Shown here: piece after piece, positions 1-11,414 of the stretch | Layout of the letters: each line of letters opens with the position of its first letter | How positions within the stretch are numbered: the first letter of the stretch is position 1 | Source: Octopus bimaculoides | Taxonomy: Eukaryota | DNA length: 39,206 nt | Assembly: GCF_001194135.2 (NCBI RefSeq) | Contig: NC_068987.1 | Span: 37,337,134-37,376,339, forward strand | Direction: 5' to 3' | The notes under the pieces: generated by a model | What the model was told of the DNA's origin: nothing | Databases searched by the model: none | Seen by the model: the letters and a program-made list of their open reading frames with translations, nothing else | Translations under genes and position numbers: made by a program

Positions 1-88
1 GGTGAAAAGCGCTTTATTTAATATGTGACATTAATAAAAATCTGTAAATGTACAAACATCCAGATTTCTGAGTACCTTAATTTTTTTC

Positions 89-129
<41 letters not shown>

Positions 130-340
130 GTCTTTGTGTCTGCGTTTATCCCCCACCATCGCTTGGCAACAGATATTGGTGTGTTCACGTTCCCGTAACT
201 TAGCGGTTCGGCAAAAAGACCGATAGAATAAGTACTAGGCTTACAAAGAATAAGTCCTGGGGTCGATTTGTTCGACTAAAGGTGGTGTTCCAACATGGCC
301 GCAGTCAAATGAATGAAAGAAGTAAAAGAATAAAAGAATA
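89..340 (+). mobile_element. SINE family A (composite, internal TA/TG microsatellite), 3' half
   Basis: A (TA)n(TG)n run is followed by ccccaccatcgcttggcaac...gtaacttagcggttcggcaaaa...ggggtcgatttgttcgactaaaggtggtgttccaacatggccgcagtcaaat...(taaaagaa)n. The same sequence occurs at 19330-19543 (+) and 35116-35341 (-). Confidence 0.85.
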
Positions 341-445
341 TATATTACACACGTACACATATTGTACTGTTCTATGATGCTAAAATCAACAGAAACGTAC
401 TCCATCTAGTGAGAGATAAATATTCTTTCAGAAACACTCTTTATG

Positions 446-780
446 TTTTTATGTACTACTATTAGTTTCATGTCATGCAGGCATGTCAGACAACATTTTA
501 AACACGTCTGGTGCTCTAGCGCAATCTTGAGGCACTGCCCACATGGCATGGCATTTCCTTGCTCATCACTTGTTGCACTCTGATTTTCAGGGAAGTGGTC
601 CAGATGACTGGGCAGGAAATGCACTTTTACATTCATTTTGCAGTCCAGGACCCCAAAATTGCTATTTTTACTTTGTTATGCACGTGGGCAGCGTTTGAGA
701 CTGCGCTATGTTACCAGACGTGTTAAAAAAATACTGTCTGACAAGCTTTCATCACATGACACTTATAGTAACACATAAAA
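446..780 (-). mobile_element. Foldback derivative of a DNA transposon carrying a transposase C-terminal fragment (Chapaev3/CMC-like, tentative)
   Basis: Arms 446-549 and 673-780 are imperfect reverse complements (tgtcagacaacattttaaacacgtctggt vs tgtcagacagtattttttt aacacgtctggt). The loop 556-648 (-) encodes LDCKMNVKVHFLPSHLDHFPENQSATSDEQG, matching the recalled motif LGCxMSxKxHFLHSHLDxFPENLGxVSDEQGERFHQ. The superfamily label is from memory. Confidence 0.6.
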
Positions 781-884
781 TATGTGTTGCGTTTATTAAA
801 TAATAAATTATATCTACGTACATACATACATACATACATACATACATACAGACAGACAGACATACAGACAGACAGACAGACAGG

Positions 885-1747
885 CAGAGTGCGGTGAATA
901 AACTAACGTCTAAATTACGCAAAAATGTAAATAACAACGACATCTCATTTTAACAGATATATTTACTAAAATTACATAAACATATATTGAAATACTAAAG
1001 AGTAAATCTATTCAATAAAATCACCATTGGCTTCAACAACGAGATCAAGACGACTTCGGAATCTCCTGCAATACTTCTAGGCGGCTTCCTTGTTTAAGTT
1101 GGCCAATCCTGCCATAATACTTGCCTTCAGTTCATCATTGGTTTTACAAGGAGTTTTGTTGGTCTCTCTCTCAACTGTGTCCCACGCATAATAATCAAAG
1201 GGGGTTGTAGTCTGGGGAGTTAGGTGACCAGGTGTTAGAGGTGATGTGGTTGCAGAAATTGTTTGACAGCCATGACTGGGTTCTCCTGCTTGTGTGGCAA
1301 GGTGCAGAATCTTGTTGCCAGACATAGGGTCTTCCAGCAGCCACCCTCATGACCCAGAGCAGCACTACCTCCTCCAGGCACTTAATGTAGGCCTCCGTGT
1401 TGAGTGTGAGGCCGTGTGGGAAGATGAATGGAGGCATAACGTCGCCATCACTAGTGATCACTCCAAACATCATGATGTTGACTGGATGCTTGATTTTTAT
1501 AACTCTCGGTACATACACTCTCCTCAGATTGACACCCAAACACTGTGAAATGTTCGTACTGGAGCTTCCGGTGCGAATGCCAAGCAGTACAACATGTCGG
1601 TTAGTAATTTCTGGCCGAGTGATGCTGTCTTTCTCACAGACGGTGCCCAACTGACACAACAATAATATGTAGTCGACAAAATCAAAAACAATGTGCATGC
1701 GCGAAATATAAAATATAAAATGGTGACAATTTACCCATCGCCCACTG
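885..1747 (-). mobile_element. Internally deleted Tc1/mariner element of the maT (DD37D) type; transposase pseudogene 1008-1640
   Basis: Encodes KHPVNIMMFGVITSDGDVMPPFIF...WQQDSAPCHTSRRTQSWL...WSPNSPDYNPL(+1 frameshift)DYYAWDTVE...RFRSRLDLVVEANGDFIE*. There are 37 residues between the 2nd and 3rd Asp. The N-terminal HTH is fused directly to the catalytic region by deletion. Degenerate TIRs lie at 885-910 and about 1722-1747. Confidence 0.85.
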
Positions 1748-1956
1748 CATACACATACCCACACACATTCACACATGTGTATGTATGTATGTATCTATGT
1801 ATGTATGTATAATTCGAAAACGATTGAAACGGGTCGCGCATTTTGATTAAAATGTAAATATTTTGTTTCTTTATTCCATGAGAAAGTTCTCGAAGCATTC
1901 TTGCGTTTTGATAAAGAGGAATTATTGATGCAGTAAGAGAAAGGAAAATAAATTAA

Positions 1957-2175
1957 AACAAGAGCACTCAGAGAACGTAAACCTCCGCCAAGGCAACACC
2001 AACGTCATCTCAACGATTAACCAGCAATGATTTTTAAAATGAGAATATCTGAAATAAACTCGATTGCTCTCACAAACGAGAATATTAAAAATTAATCCAG
2101 CTCGCTCTGAAAAATTAAGTAAAAATCATCACGGTTCCAGAATTTTGTCGATGAAAGTTATCACTAAGCATAAAA
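1957..2175. mobile_element. Non-autonomous repeat fragment, possibly Helentron/HINE-like
   Basis: Begins acaagagcactcagagaacgtaaacctccgccaaggc. The acctccgccaagg motif resembles the subterminal motif recalled for HINE-type elements. Not verified. Confidence 0.35.
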
Positions 2176-2187
2176 CAAACAAAATAA

Positions 2188-3369
2188 TTATTCTCTAAAA
2201 TGAATTTTAGTCTTTCTATTATTATTTTCTTTTTTTGTTACGCAATGAGGAAGTTCACCTTTATTGTTATCCGACCAGAATTTGATGATCCCATTTTCAA
2301 ACTCGTGTGGTAGGTTTGAATAAAGATTCTCTACTTTGAAAGATACTGTCATGTCCTTTTTTCCACTGATAGTTTTCGGAAGATGACTTATCATATCTAA
2401 GTCTGTTATGTACTTGAAGAATGGCTTGAGTAACACATCTAAAATTTACTAGGTGATTTTCACACACTGGACCAGCTGTCATTGGTCTGAATTTCAGGCC
2501 ATTTGGTGAGAAGACATTAATACATATCAATTAAGTGGTGAGCTGGCAGAAACGTTAGCACGCCGGGAGAAATGCTTAGCGGTATTTCGTCTGTCTTTAC
2601 GTTCTGAGTTCAAATTCAGCCGAGGTCGATTTTGCCTTTCATCCGTTCGGGGTCGATAAATTAAGTACCATTTGTGTACTGGTGTCGATCTAATCGACTG
2701 GACCCCTCCCCCAAAATTTCGGGCCTTGTGCCTAGAATAGAAGAGATTAATACATATCAGTGGTCTCTTTGTGTGCTTCATTTTTTTTTCTCTCATTTTA
2801 TGAAACTAGATTTATGTCAGATGTTGGTAATATTTTCATATTCTTTGTTGGTGATCCCTTTTCGGCATCAATATATTAATATTCTAAGGTTTCAAAAGTT
2901 TTCTGTTGATTGTAGTATGTATCATTTTGTAATAAGAATACACAAAATTTTTGTAGTATTCTGTATTCATCGATATTACTGAATTTCATTTATCGGCCTC
3001 TTTAATTGTTATTTCTTTATTATTTTTATAATTTATGTCATCCCATTCATTCTTGTTGAAGCTTAAGTTGGGTTTTTATTCGTGTGCATATTAATATGGA
3101 TAATTTAAAATATATTCACAGAAATAGTACAATGTTCTGATCTACTGGTGGGGTGCAGTTGCTGTTGATTCTTACTTTCATTCGTCTTCGTTGTTCTTGT
3201 ATAGCTCTTCTGCGAGTCTTAATTTTCTATAGAATTCAGAAATGTTGTCTTCCATTTCAGTGTAATTGTGTCTTCGAGGGTTGGTGTAAATTTGATTTTT
3301 CCTGATAACTCTAATTTTTATTATTATACATGGCGTCTCTTGTTTGTTTGGTACCGAGTAACTTTGCAT
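2188..3369 (-). mobile_element. Penelope-like element (PLE) reverse transcriptase remnant 1
   Basis: Fragments lie in the expected order on the minus strand: TNPRRHNYTEMEDNISEFYRKLRLAE (3178-3300), then LKFRPMTAGPVCE, then LLKPF...VSFKVENLYSNLPHE...IIKFW (a PLE SFDVxxLYxNIPH motif). Multiple stops and frameshifts; interrupted by a SINE at 2530-2745. Confidence 0.75.
2530..2745 (+). mobile_element. SINE family B (tRNA-derived), full length with TSD
   Basis: Has an A-box-like agctggcagaaacgttag and a B-box-like gagttcaaattc, with a central ggggtcgataaattaagtacc...gtcgatctaatcgact domain. The 14-bp TSD attaatacatatca lies at 2516-2529 and 2746-2759. Confidence 0.9.
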
Positions 3370-4469
3370 GTGTTAACAAAAATGTAAATATTTTCTTTGT
3401 TTTGTCCATGATGAAAGCGTTTTCTCTTTTTGTTTTTTAATGTACACACATACATGTATACACCTATATACACATTCACATCTATTTATATATTTCATTT
3501 TACGAGATACTTTGTTCACTGTAGAACACCGTATCTTCGTTTCCTTCTTTATTCTCTTGATGGTATTGTCACAAAGTTAGATACTAAGCCATATACCAAT
3601 ACAACAAATACAGCGTACTAAATGTGCCGGACACTGTATTAGAAATATGCAAACCATAAGGTTTGTCATATAAATCAAATGCTTACAAAGTAACAAAAAC
3701 TTCGTAACATGTTCACAAAACCATATCAATAATAATATATTACAACACTAAAATTTAAAAATTTGTTATCAGTTACAAACTGCAAGCATGTAAACCGGCG
3801 AACAAGCTACTAATGCGAATTTGGTTAATAAATTTGATTGCGAACGGTAAAGTTTTTAAACTTAATGACTCCAAAACCATACAAATATAGCAATTTACTT
3901 CGACTCACCATGCATTTACAAATAAGAGCATTGCTAATGTTCTAACTACACCATACAACACTAAACAATACTATATAGAAAAATATTAGCACATCCATAC
4001 AGAATTAATCACAAAAATAGACGATTAATGATGTAAACAACAGCCATAGCACAGTATAATGCAGGTTATGTATAGAATGAAAAAATAACAATCTGACTGC
4101 ATTTATATATCTCACAATAAGAAATTAAATCGATAGTAAGACAGCAATAGAAACCTACATCACCTTATATTGATGAAATTATGAAGGTCTAAATACATTG
4201 ATGGTGAATTTAGAAACTTTATTGCTCTAAACAAACTGTAAAGAAATGAAAGGAAATTCTGAATAAACAAGAAGTTGATAAGGACACCAAAACGAAAACA
4301 AATTTACATATTTACCTGCTTGTGGCTTGTAACTAATAACTAGGTTTGCAAATTTACTGATTTTTAGTGTATTATTAGTGTTAACTAATGTTTTTGTGTT
4401 TACAATTTATGTTCTCTTTTATGAGGCGTTTCATCATATGTTCGTGTATTCTATAGTTAGTATGTATTT

Positions 4470-5536
4470 GAATAATGTAATATAACTAATCTACGAAGAA
4501 AAAAATCTATCTACCCACATAGAAAGATAAATTCTTTAACTTCTAGCAACACATATTCATCCCAAAGCAAATAACACTCCTCAAACTTGCTATTAACTTT
4601 CATGCATAGCCAATATATACGATAACAGAAAAAAAAAAGTTGAAAACAAACTGCTCTTCATAGCCCCAGGACATTTCGGCGATAAAATTACCGTAAAAGT
4701 AAAAAGTAATCGTGAAGACTTACTTCTTGCTGAATGTAATATCAATAGATACACTCACGACGATAAACAAACGCTCAACGCGAAGTTTAAGCAATCTTTT
4801 CATGATTAAAAAGATAACATAATAAGAAAGAGTGACAGAAATAATGCATTTTCAATAGTGGACAAAAGGAATATATTGTAAAAGTTAACTCTTTACTCAA
4901 CGAGAAAAAACATTTATAAGGATTCTCACAGATATTATCTAAAAGTTAAATTGAATAAGATAATTATAGCAATAAATACGCAAATAGAAGCCTCGAATTT
5001 CCCTTTGTTGAAGAAGAATTTATTCCAGCACATATCAATTTGAAGAGAAATTATAAATTCACAAGGCTTTGGTCGGCTCGAGGCTATAGTAGAAGACACT
5101 TACCCTAGGTGCCACGCGATGAGACTGAACCCGGAACTAAAATTCACCCCAAAAAATCCATTAAAAAAATATGAGCTAATGGAAAGGTGATGGTTTAGCT
5201 ATATCACAAACACCTATAGATACACATAAGATGCGCTCAGAAAACTTTTGTCTAAAACGTTTCATAATCTTACGATTTCAGATAACAGGAATACATCTAG
5301 GCAAGGACAGAGCATGTAACTTATCCTACAGTTCGGTTAATTGCCTTGAAAATAATCTTCCATTGAAACTTGCAACACCTGTGTACACAAGCTTATCAAA
5401 AGGGCAGAGAGGATGAAGGCCAAAATACATTTTGACAAAGCTATCCCCATCAAATAGACAGAAAGTAGTGCAAATGACTTCTTTTGATTTGATATTTTTA
5501 GTGACGAATATAGCTGATATCGTGAATACTCAACCG

Positions 5537-5540
<4 letters not shown>
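4470..5540 (+). mobile_element. Penelope-like element RT remnant 2
   Basis: Encodes IIRKSDRNNAFSIVDK/EYIVKVNSLLNEK (about 4818-4910; PLE IxKxDKGNxxVIxD motif), a KIH remnant around 5055-5147, and MTSFDLIFLVTNIA (about 5474-5515). Heavily degraded; boundaries approximate. Confidence 0.6.
5059..5137 (-). mobile_element. SINE family A, 5' (CORE-like) fragment
   Basis: The reverse complement reads gttccgggttcagtctcatcgcgtggcacctagggtaagtgtcttctactatagcctcgagccgaccaaagccttgtga, matching 37536-37590. It is flanked by aaattcac at 5055-5062 and 5140-5147 (probable TSD). Confidence 0.8.
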
Positions 5541-5604
<64 letters not shown>

Positions 5605-5681
5605 CCTATCTATCTAAACATACATACACACATATATATATACAAATACATATGTGTGTGTGTGCATGTATGTGTGTGTAT

Positions 5682-5728
<47 letters not shown>

Positions 5729-5745
5729 CGTGCGCGCGCGCGTGT
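5538..5745. repeat. Compound microsatellite (TCTA)n-(TA)n-(TG)n-(CG)n
   Basis: Directly visible tandem repeats. Confidence 0.95.
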
Positions 5746-6627
5746 GCGTGTAAAACAAATCAGTATATGTTATATGTATGTGCGATATAAACAGTGGACA
5801 TGAACGAACCACTAAGTCGGACACCAAGGCAGCAAAAATTACTCACACACACAAAAAGGAAAAGCACCTCAAAGCGGAAATGAAATATAACAGCGTGGAA
5901 ATGGGATGGGGGAAAATGTCCCAGTTACTCGATGACATTAAACTACGGTGGGTATCATAAAGACAGGATTCAAGCATAAGAGAGCATTGTAAGGGGCTTG
6001 AGAATACGGAGTAAGATCTACATTTTGATTAATAAACAAACGAGAATCAACAATTTCAGCCAAAACCTTGAAGAGAAAACAACATAGTAGGATAGCTAAA
6101 ACTAATAGACTAGCTCATTGTAGAAGAGGTTTTAAAGGACATTGTAAAAATAGGCAGTTAGTTGTGGTGACTGTAGTTCAGTCACACGAGGAGCTTATCT
6201 TAATAGAAAACTTGGAGTAGCTACAGAGCGTAGATGTGTGGAGGCTTTAAAACCCATTATTTTACCACCCAAGCTCTACGATACACTTTACAATTAGATC
6301 CATTTCTATTACCCTTAACACATTCAAAATTTCTCTACTCATTCCCCAAACATTATATTTCAGATTTTATTTGATATATTTTAATATATTTCTCCCCTAT
6401 TTTGTATCTGTTGTCACTTACTTTTATCGATGTAGCTGATGTTGCCTCTATTTATAATAGTTCACATTGCCGCAAATGCGGAAATATTTTCACAACTCTA
6501 GATCTGGGACGTAGCTGTAGAAATTTTCTTTTCTGGACTCTTAGAGGATCCATGTATAATATACATGCGTGAGTGCGCGCATGTACGTGCGTGTGTGAAT
6601 GTATTTATATCTATCTCCTTCACTCTA

Positions 6628-6642
6628 CATGTGTGTGTGTGT

Positions 6643-6723
<81 letters not shown>

Positions 6724-6742
6724 CGTGCGTGTGTGTGTGTGT
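6628..6742. repeat. (GT)n microsatellite
   Basis: Directly visible; it explains the VCVC ORFs here. Confidence 0.95.
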
Positions 6743-7242
6743 ACTTATGCTTGAAGGTAAAAGAGGAGAGGATGCAAAGTTTTCGATTGTATTGTATGTT
6801 TATGTGTATTTAGAGAAGGAAACTGAAGCACGATAATATTTGGTTTGAATGACAGGTGAATGAAAAGCAGATAACTGCCAACATTGACCTCTCTTTTATA
6901 TTTTGATATTCTTGCTGATTTGCCTGTCCAGAACATGGCTTCTGGGTGATAACTATAAACAGTGCTGCAGACCTGCGAAATGTAATTTAACGTATTGTGT
7001 GTGTGTGTGTGTGTGTGTGTGTACCTGTGTGTCTGTGTGTGTGCATATGTGTGTATGTGTATGTACAGCAGTAATAGTAGTGGTAGTATTTATGTATGCA
7101 TACACAGTGGCGGACTGAGTAGGTTGTCAGTTTGCCCGATGGCAAATATACATTAAGAGTCCATATGTGGGAGCCCACGGTAGTATTTTAGGGGACTACA
7201 AAGAAAAAAACTTTGCTTTCAAAGAAGCACCACATTGTGACA

Positions 7243-7581
7243 CTTCCTTTTGAAGTTAATGTTGCTGATGTAGACATATGTCTGCAGGAGAATCTTATTG
7301 AATTTGCAGTGATGAAACATTTCAAGCAAGATTTAAAGAGGGGTTGCTAAGTCTAAGGAAAAGCAATGACACTGCTAAAAGGTACCTATTACTCTAGGAG
7401 AAAACACAGTTGTATGTTACTGCATTTCCTTCATCCTACCTTGTTGAGTCTGGTTTCAGCCGTGTCCCTAGTTTGCTATCCATACATTGTACAAACGGGT
7501 GATCTTCGATTATCATTGACGACGTTGCAGTCGAATATTACAATACTAGCAGATCAGCATCAATCACAAAGCTCATATTGA
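7243..7581 (+). pseudogene. hAT (Buster/Charlie-type) transposase C-terminal dimerisation-domain remnant
   Basis: Encodes LPFEVNVADVDICLQENLIE, then AFPSSYLVESGFS (about 7422-7460), then GDLRLSLTTLQSNITILADQHQSQSSY*. This matches the hAT FPSxYLxExGFS...DLRLxL pattern; frameshifted. Confidence 0.8.
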
Positions 7582-7760
7582 ATAAAGTAGCTCTAATGCG
7601 TTATCTTTTTAAGAAATTAATGTTTTTCTATATTTATGACTTATTTTATTAGTGAAAATTCATTTAACATAGAATTTAGTCAATTGCTAAAATTTATGTA
7701 CAATAAATTGATTATACAACACAAGATATCTTAACAAGTTTTTCCTACAATTCCTTATAA

Positions 7761-7850
7761 TCTATATTATAAAAGACAAACTGTTTCCCCTCTGTCTCTC
7801 TGTCACAGCATATAGACAAAGCAACACAGACTTAAAAAAAAAAGATCATG
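7761..7850 (+). mobile_element. Possible non-autonomous Helitron 5' end
   Basis: a|tctatattataaaag resembles the TC-TATATATAAAA start of Helitrons. No 3' hairpin or CTAG end was identified. Confidence 0.25.
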
Positions 7851-8191
7851 ACATTTGTCTGTTACATTTACATGTATATACATAATACATGTAGTTATAG
7901 TTTGATTGTTTGTGTGCGTATTATACCGGTGACGACCTAGTTATTATAAAAACAGTAGTATATTCAAAAGAACAACTTAACTCACTCAGCCGATGTACAC
8001 GTACGTGTGTACATATATGCATAGATACACGCACACGGACACGCGCGCGCGCGCGGACACACACACACATGGACACACACACATACACATATATGCATGT
8101 ATGTGTGTCACAACGTATATGTAGGAGGAGAGAAGGGAAGGAATGAACAAAGGGGGCCGACCTCATTTTTTAAGTCCGTCACACTTATATA

Positions 8192-8237
<46 letters not shown>

Positions 8238-8240
8238 GCT

Positions 8241-9727
8241 AAGGGTGGCCACTCTAGCCCGGCAATGGGCCGAGAGGAAGCTGTCCCTAGAAGGTCGGGC
8301 GGAGGTGGCGAACACGTACATCGCGTCCGTCATCTACTACCGCCTAACCGTCGTTCCTTGTCCCGACCCTACCATCACCAAGCTGGAGCGCATCTTCTTC
8401 TGTTTCTTGTGGAAAGGAAGCGTTCCGATGGTTAGGCGATCCGTTTGCTGCCAACACCCGTTAAAAGGAGGACTGGGCATGCCGTGGTTGATGATGCGCA
8501 GACACGCGCTGAGACTGCGACATCTCCGGCTCTACGTAGACAACGGTGAACAGGTNNNNNNNNNNNNNNNNNNNNNNNNNNNNNNNNNNNNNNNNNNNNN
8601 NNNNNNNNNNNNNNNNNNNNNNNNNNNNNNNNNNNNNNNNNNNNNNNNNNNNNNNNNNNNNNNNNNNNNNNNNNNNNNNNNNNNNNNNNNNNNNNNNNNN
8701 NNNNNNNNNNNNNNNNNNNNNNNNNNNNNNNNNNNNNNNNNNNNNNNNNNNNNNNNNNNNNNNNNNNNNNNNNNNNNNNNNNNNNNNNNNNNNNNNNNNN
8801 NNNNNNNNNNNNNNNNNNNNNNNNNNNNNNNNNNNNNNNNNNNNNNNNNNNNNNNNNNNNNNNNNNNNNNNNNNNNNNNNNNNNNNNNNNNNNNNNNNNN
8901 NNNNNNNNNNNNNNNNNNNNNNNNNNNNNNNNNNNNNNNNNNNNNNNNNNNNNNNNNNNNNNNNNNNNNNNNNNNNNNNNNNNNNNNNNNNNNNNNNNNN
9001 NNNNNNNNNNNNNNNNNNNNNNNNNNNNNNNNNNNNNNNNNNNNNNNNNNNNNNNNNNNNNNNNNNNNNNNNNNNNNNNNNNNNNNNNNNNNNNNNNNNN
9101 NNNNNNNNNNNNNNNNNNNNNNNNNNNNNNNNNNNNNNNNNNNNNNNNNNNNNNNNNNNNNNNNNNNNNNNNNNNNNNNNNNNNNNNNNNNNNNNNNNNN
9201 NNNNNNNNNNNNNNNNNNNNNNNNNNNNNNNNNNNNNNNNNNNNNNNNNNNNNNNNNNNNNNNNNNNNNNNNNNNNNNNNNNNNNNNNNNNNNNNNNNNN
9301 NNNNNNNNNNNNNNNNNNNNNNNNNNNNNNNNNNNNNNNNNNNNNNNNNNNNNNNNNNNNNNNNNNNNNNNNNNNNNNNNNNNNNNNNNNNNNNGCAAAA
9401 GCGAGTCACTCACTGTTATAGTTTCTGTAATGACAATATTGACCAAGGCTACCGTGGTCTTTTCCGTAGGCTTTTCTTTCCACGGCTAAACCTAAACTGT
9501 CCTCCCCTCTTTTTACACGAGAACATTACTGTGTGATACACGATCCCTATTGATCGCTTTTCTTTTTCTCGATCCCTTTTGATCGAACTTCCCCCTTTTC
9601 CCCTTCCTATGATCCCTTTTGATCGACTCACCCCTATTGTTTTTTTCCTTGCCCCTCCCAAAAAGAAAAGCTCTACATTGTATTTGTCCCATCTTTGTTG
9701 AGCCCTGTGTGGCTAATAGAAGAAATG
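8241..9727 (+). mobile_element. 5'-truncated Tx1/L1-clade LINE (centre in N-gap 8556-9394)
   Basis: Encodes LARQWAERKLSLEGRAEVANTYIASVIYYRLTVVPCP...FCFLWKG...VRR...HPLKGGLGMP, a post-RT ORF2 region with WxxRxLSxxGR...FLWxG...GGLG motifs. A pyrimidine-rich 3' UTR ends gccctgtgtggctaatagaagaaat. A possible TSD tatctagcta lies at 8232-8241 and 9728-9737. Continuity across the gap is inferred. Confidence 0.8.
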
Positions 9728-10105
9728 TATCTAGCTAGCTGTTGTCTGCCTGTCAGTCTGCCTGTCAGTCTGCCTGCCCGCCTGTCTGTTTGTCTGTCTG
9801 TCTGTCTGCCTGTATGTATGTATGTCTATCTATCTAAAATATTAATATATATATGATATAGTTATTTATTTTGGTTGTTTATATTCGTGTGTAATTTACA
9901 GGCAGCGTAGCGATGGGTAGACCTAAAAATGCAAAAATATTTCTTAAGCAACGAATGCCGATGGGGATTCCCCAGAGTAAAATAGGAATGAAAGGGGTCC
10001 ATGGGTAAAAGAGGTTGAAAATCATTGCATTAAACAATACGTTAAAAATGTTAATGACCATTTAATTATATGAAAATATAATAGAAGATCTATTATATTC
10101 TATGG

Positions 10106-11414
10106 CAGTGGTTCCCAACCCTTTTCTATTCCTTTAGCGTGCAAGGAATCCTGTGATGGATACCTCTTATGTGTTTAAATGTACACTGTATTTATGTCAA
10201 TAATATATAGTCTATTGACTAAATTTTTTACACGCTAGGCCACTGGTAGTAGAAATTTCTAATATTCTTTATTACCCTGATATTATTAATTATATATATA
10301 CATACATACATACATATATATATATATTTATATATANNNNNNNNNNNNNNNNNNNNNNNNNNNNNNNNNNNNNNNNNNNNNNNNNNNNNNNNNNNNNNNN
10401 NNNNNNNNNNNNNNNNNNNNNNNNNNNNNNNNNNNNNNNNNNNNNNNNNNNNNNNNNNNNNNNNNNNNNNNNNNNNNNNNNNNNNNNNNNNNNNNNNNNN
10501 NNNNNNNNNNNNNNNNNNNNNNNNNNNNNNNNNNNNNNNNNNNNNNNNNNNNNNNNNNNNNNNNNNNNNNNNNNNNNNNNNNNNNNNNNNNNNNNNNNNN
10601 NNNNNNNNNNNNNNNNNNNNNNNNNNNNNNNNNNNNNNNNNNNNNNNNNNNNNNNNNNNNNNNNNNNNNNNNNNNNNNNNNNNNNNNNNNNNNNNNNNNN
10701 NNNNNNNNNNNNNNNNNNNNNNNNNNNNNNNNNNNNNNNNNNNNNNNNNNNNNNNNNNNNNNNNNNNNNNNNNNNNNNNNNNNNNNNNNNNNNNNNNNNN
10801 NNNNNNNNNNNNNNNNNNNNNNNNNNNNNNNNNNNNNNNNNNNNNNNNNNNNNNNNNNNNNNNNNNNNNNNNNNNNNNNNNNNNNNNNNNNNNNNNNNNN
10901 NNNNNNNNNNNNNNNNNNNNNNNNNNNNNNNNNNNNNNNNNNNNNNNNNNNNNNNNNNNNNNNNNNNNNNNNNNNNNNNNNNNNNNNNNNNNNNNNNNNN
11001 NNNNNNNNNNNNNNNNNNNNNNNNNNNNNNNNNNNNNNNNNNNNNNNNNNNNNNNNNNNNNNNNNNNNNNNNNNNNNNNNNNNNNNNNNNNNNNNNNNNN
11101 NNNNNNNNNNNNNNNNNNNNNNNNNGTGGTAGGAGGGAGGGGGGAGAGGCAGGGGGAAAGGGTTAGATGAAGAGGGGAGGGGAGTTGAGCCCATGTGACG
11201 CAAAGGAGCGAAGAGAGAAGATTAATCCCTGTTCACGGTGCAAACGGGACAATCCAAACACGGACAGGTGTTGCTGCAAGGAGTGGCCGGCAGAACGGAA
11301 GCGGCGTGAGACCGGGGTGTGTGTGTGTGTGAAATTTTTACTTTAGTTCACGGACTCTTAGTACTACCTTTGCGAACAACCAGGGGTCCGCGGACTCCAG
11401 GCTGGGAATCACTG
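10106..11414. mobile_element. hAT (Buster-type) non-autonomous element with TIRs and 8-bp TSD
   Basis: The left TIR is cagtggttcccaacc (10106-10120) and the right TIR is ggctgggaatcactg (11400-11414). A perfect TSD ttctatgg lies at 10098-10105 and 11415-11422, with the central TA typical of Buster elements. Contains N-gap 10337-11125. Confidence 0.9.

Noticed and set aside
1848-3425. About 45-bp direct similarity (aaaatgtaaatatttt...ccatga) at 1848-1895 and 3377-3420 as PLE pseudo-LTRs
   Set aside because: The match is too short and AT-rich to support without a consensus alignment.
7101-7160. cagtggcgga... as an hAT TIR for the 7243-7581 remnant
   Set aside because: No matching opposite TIR or TSD was found.
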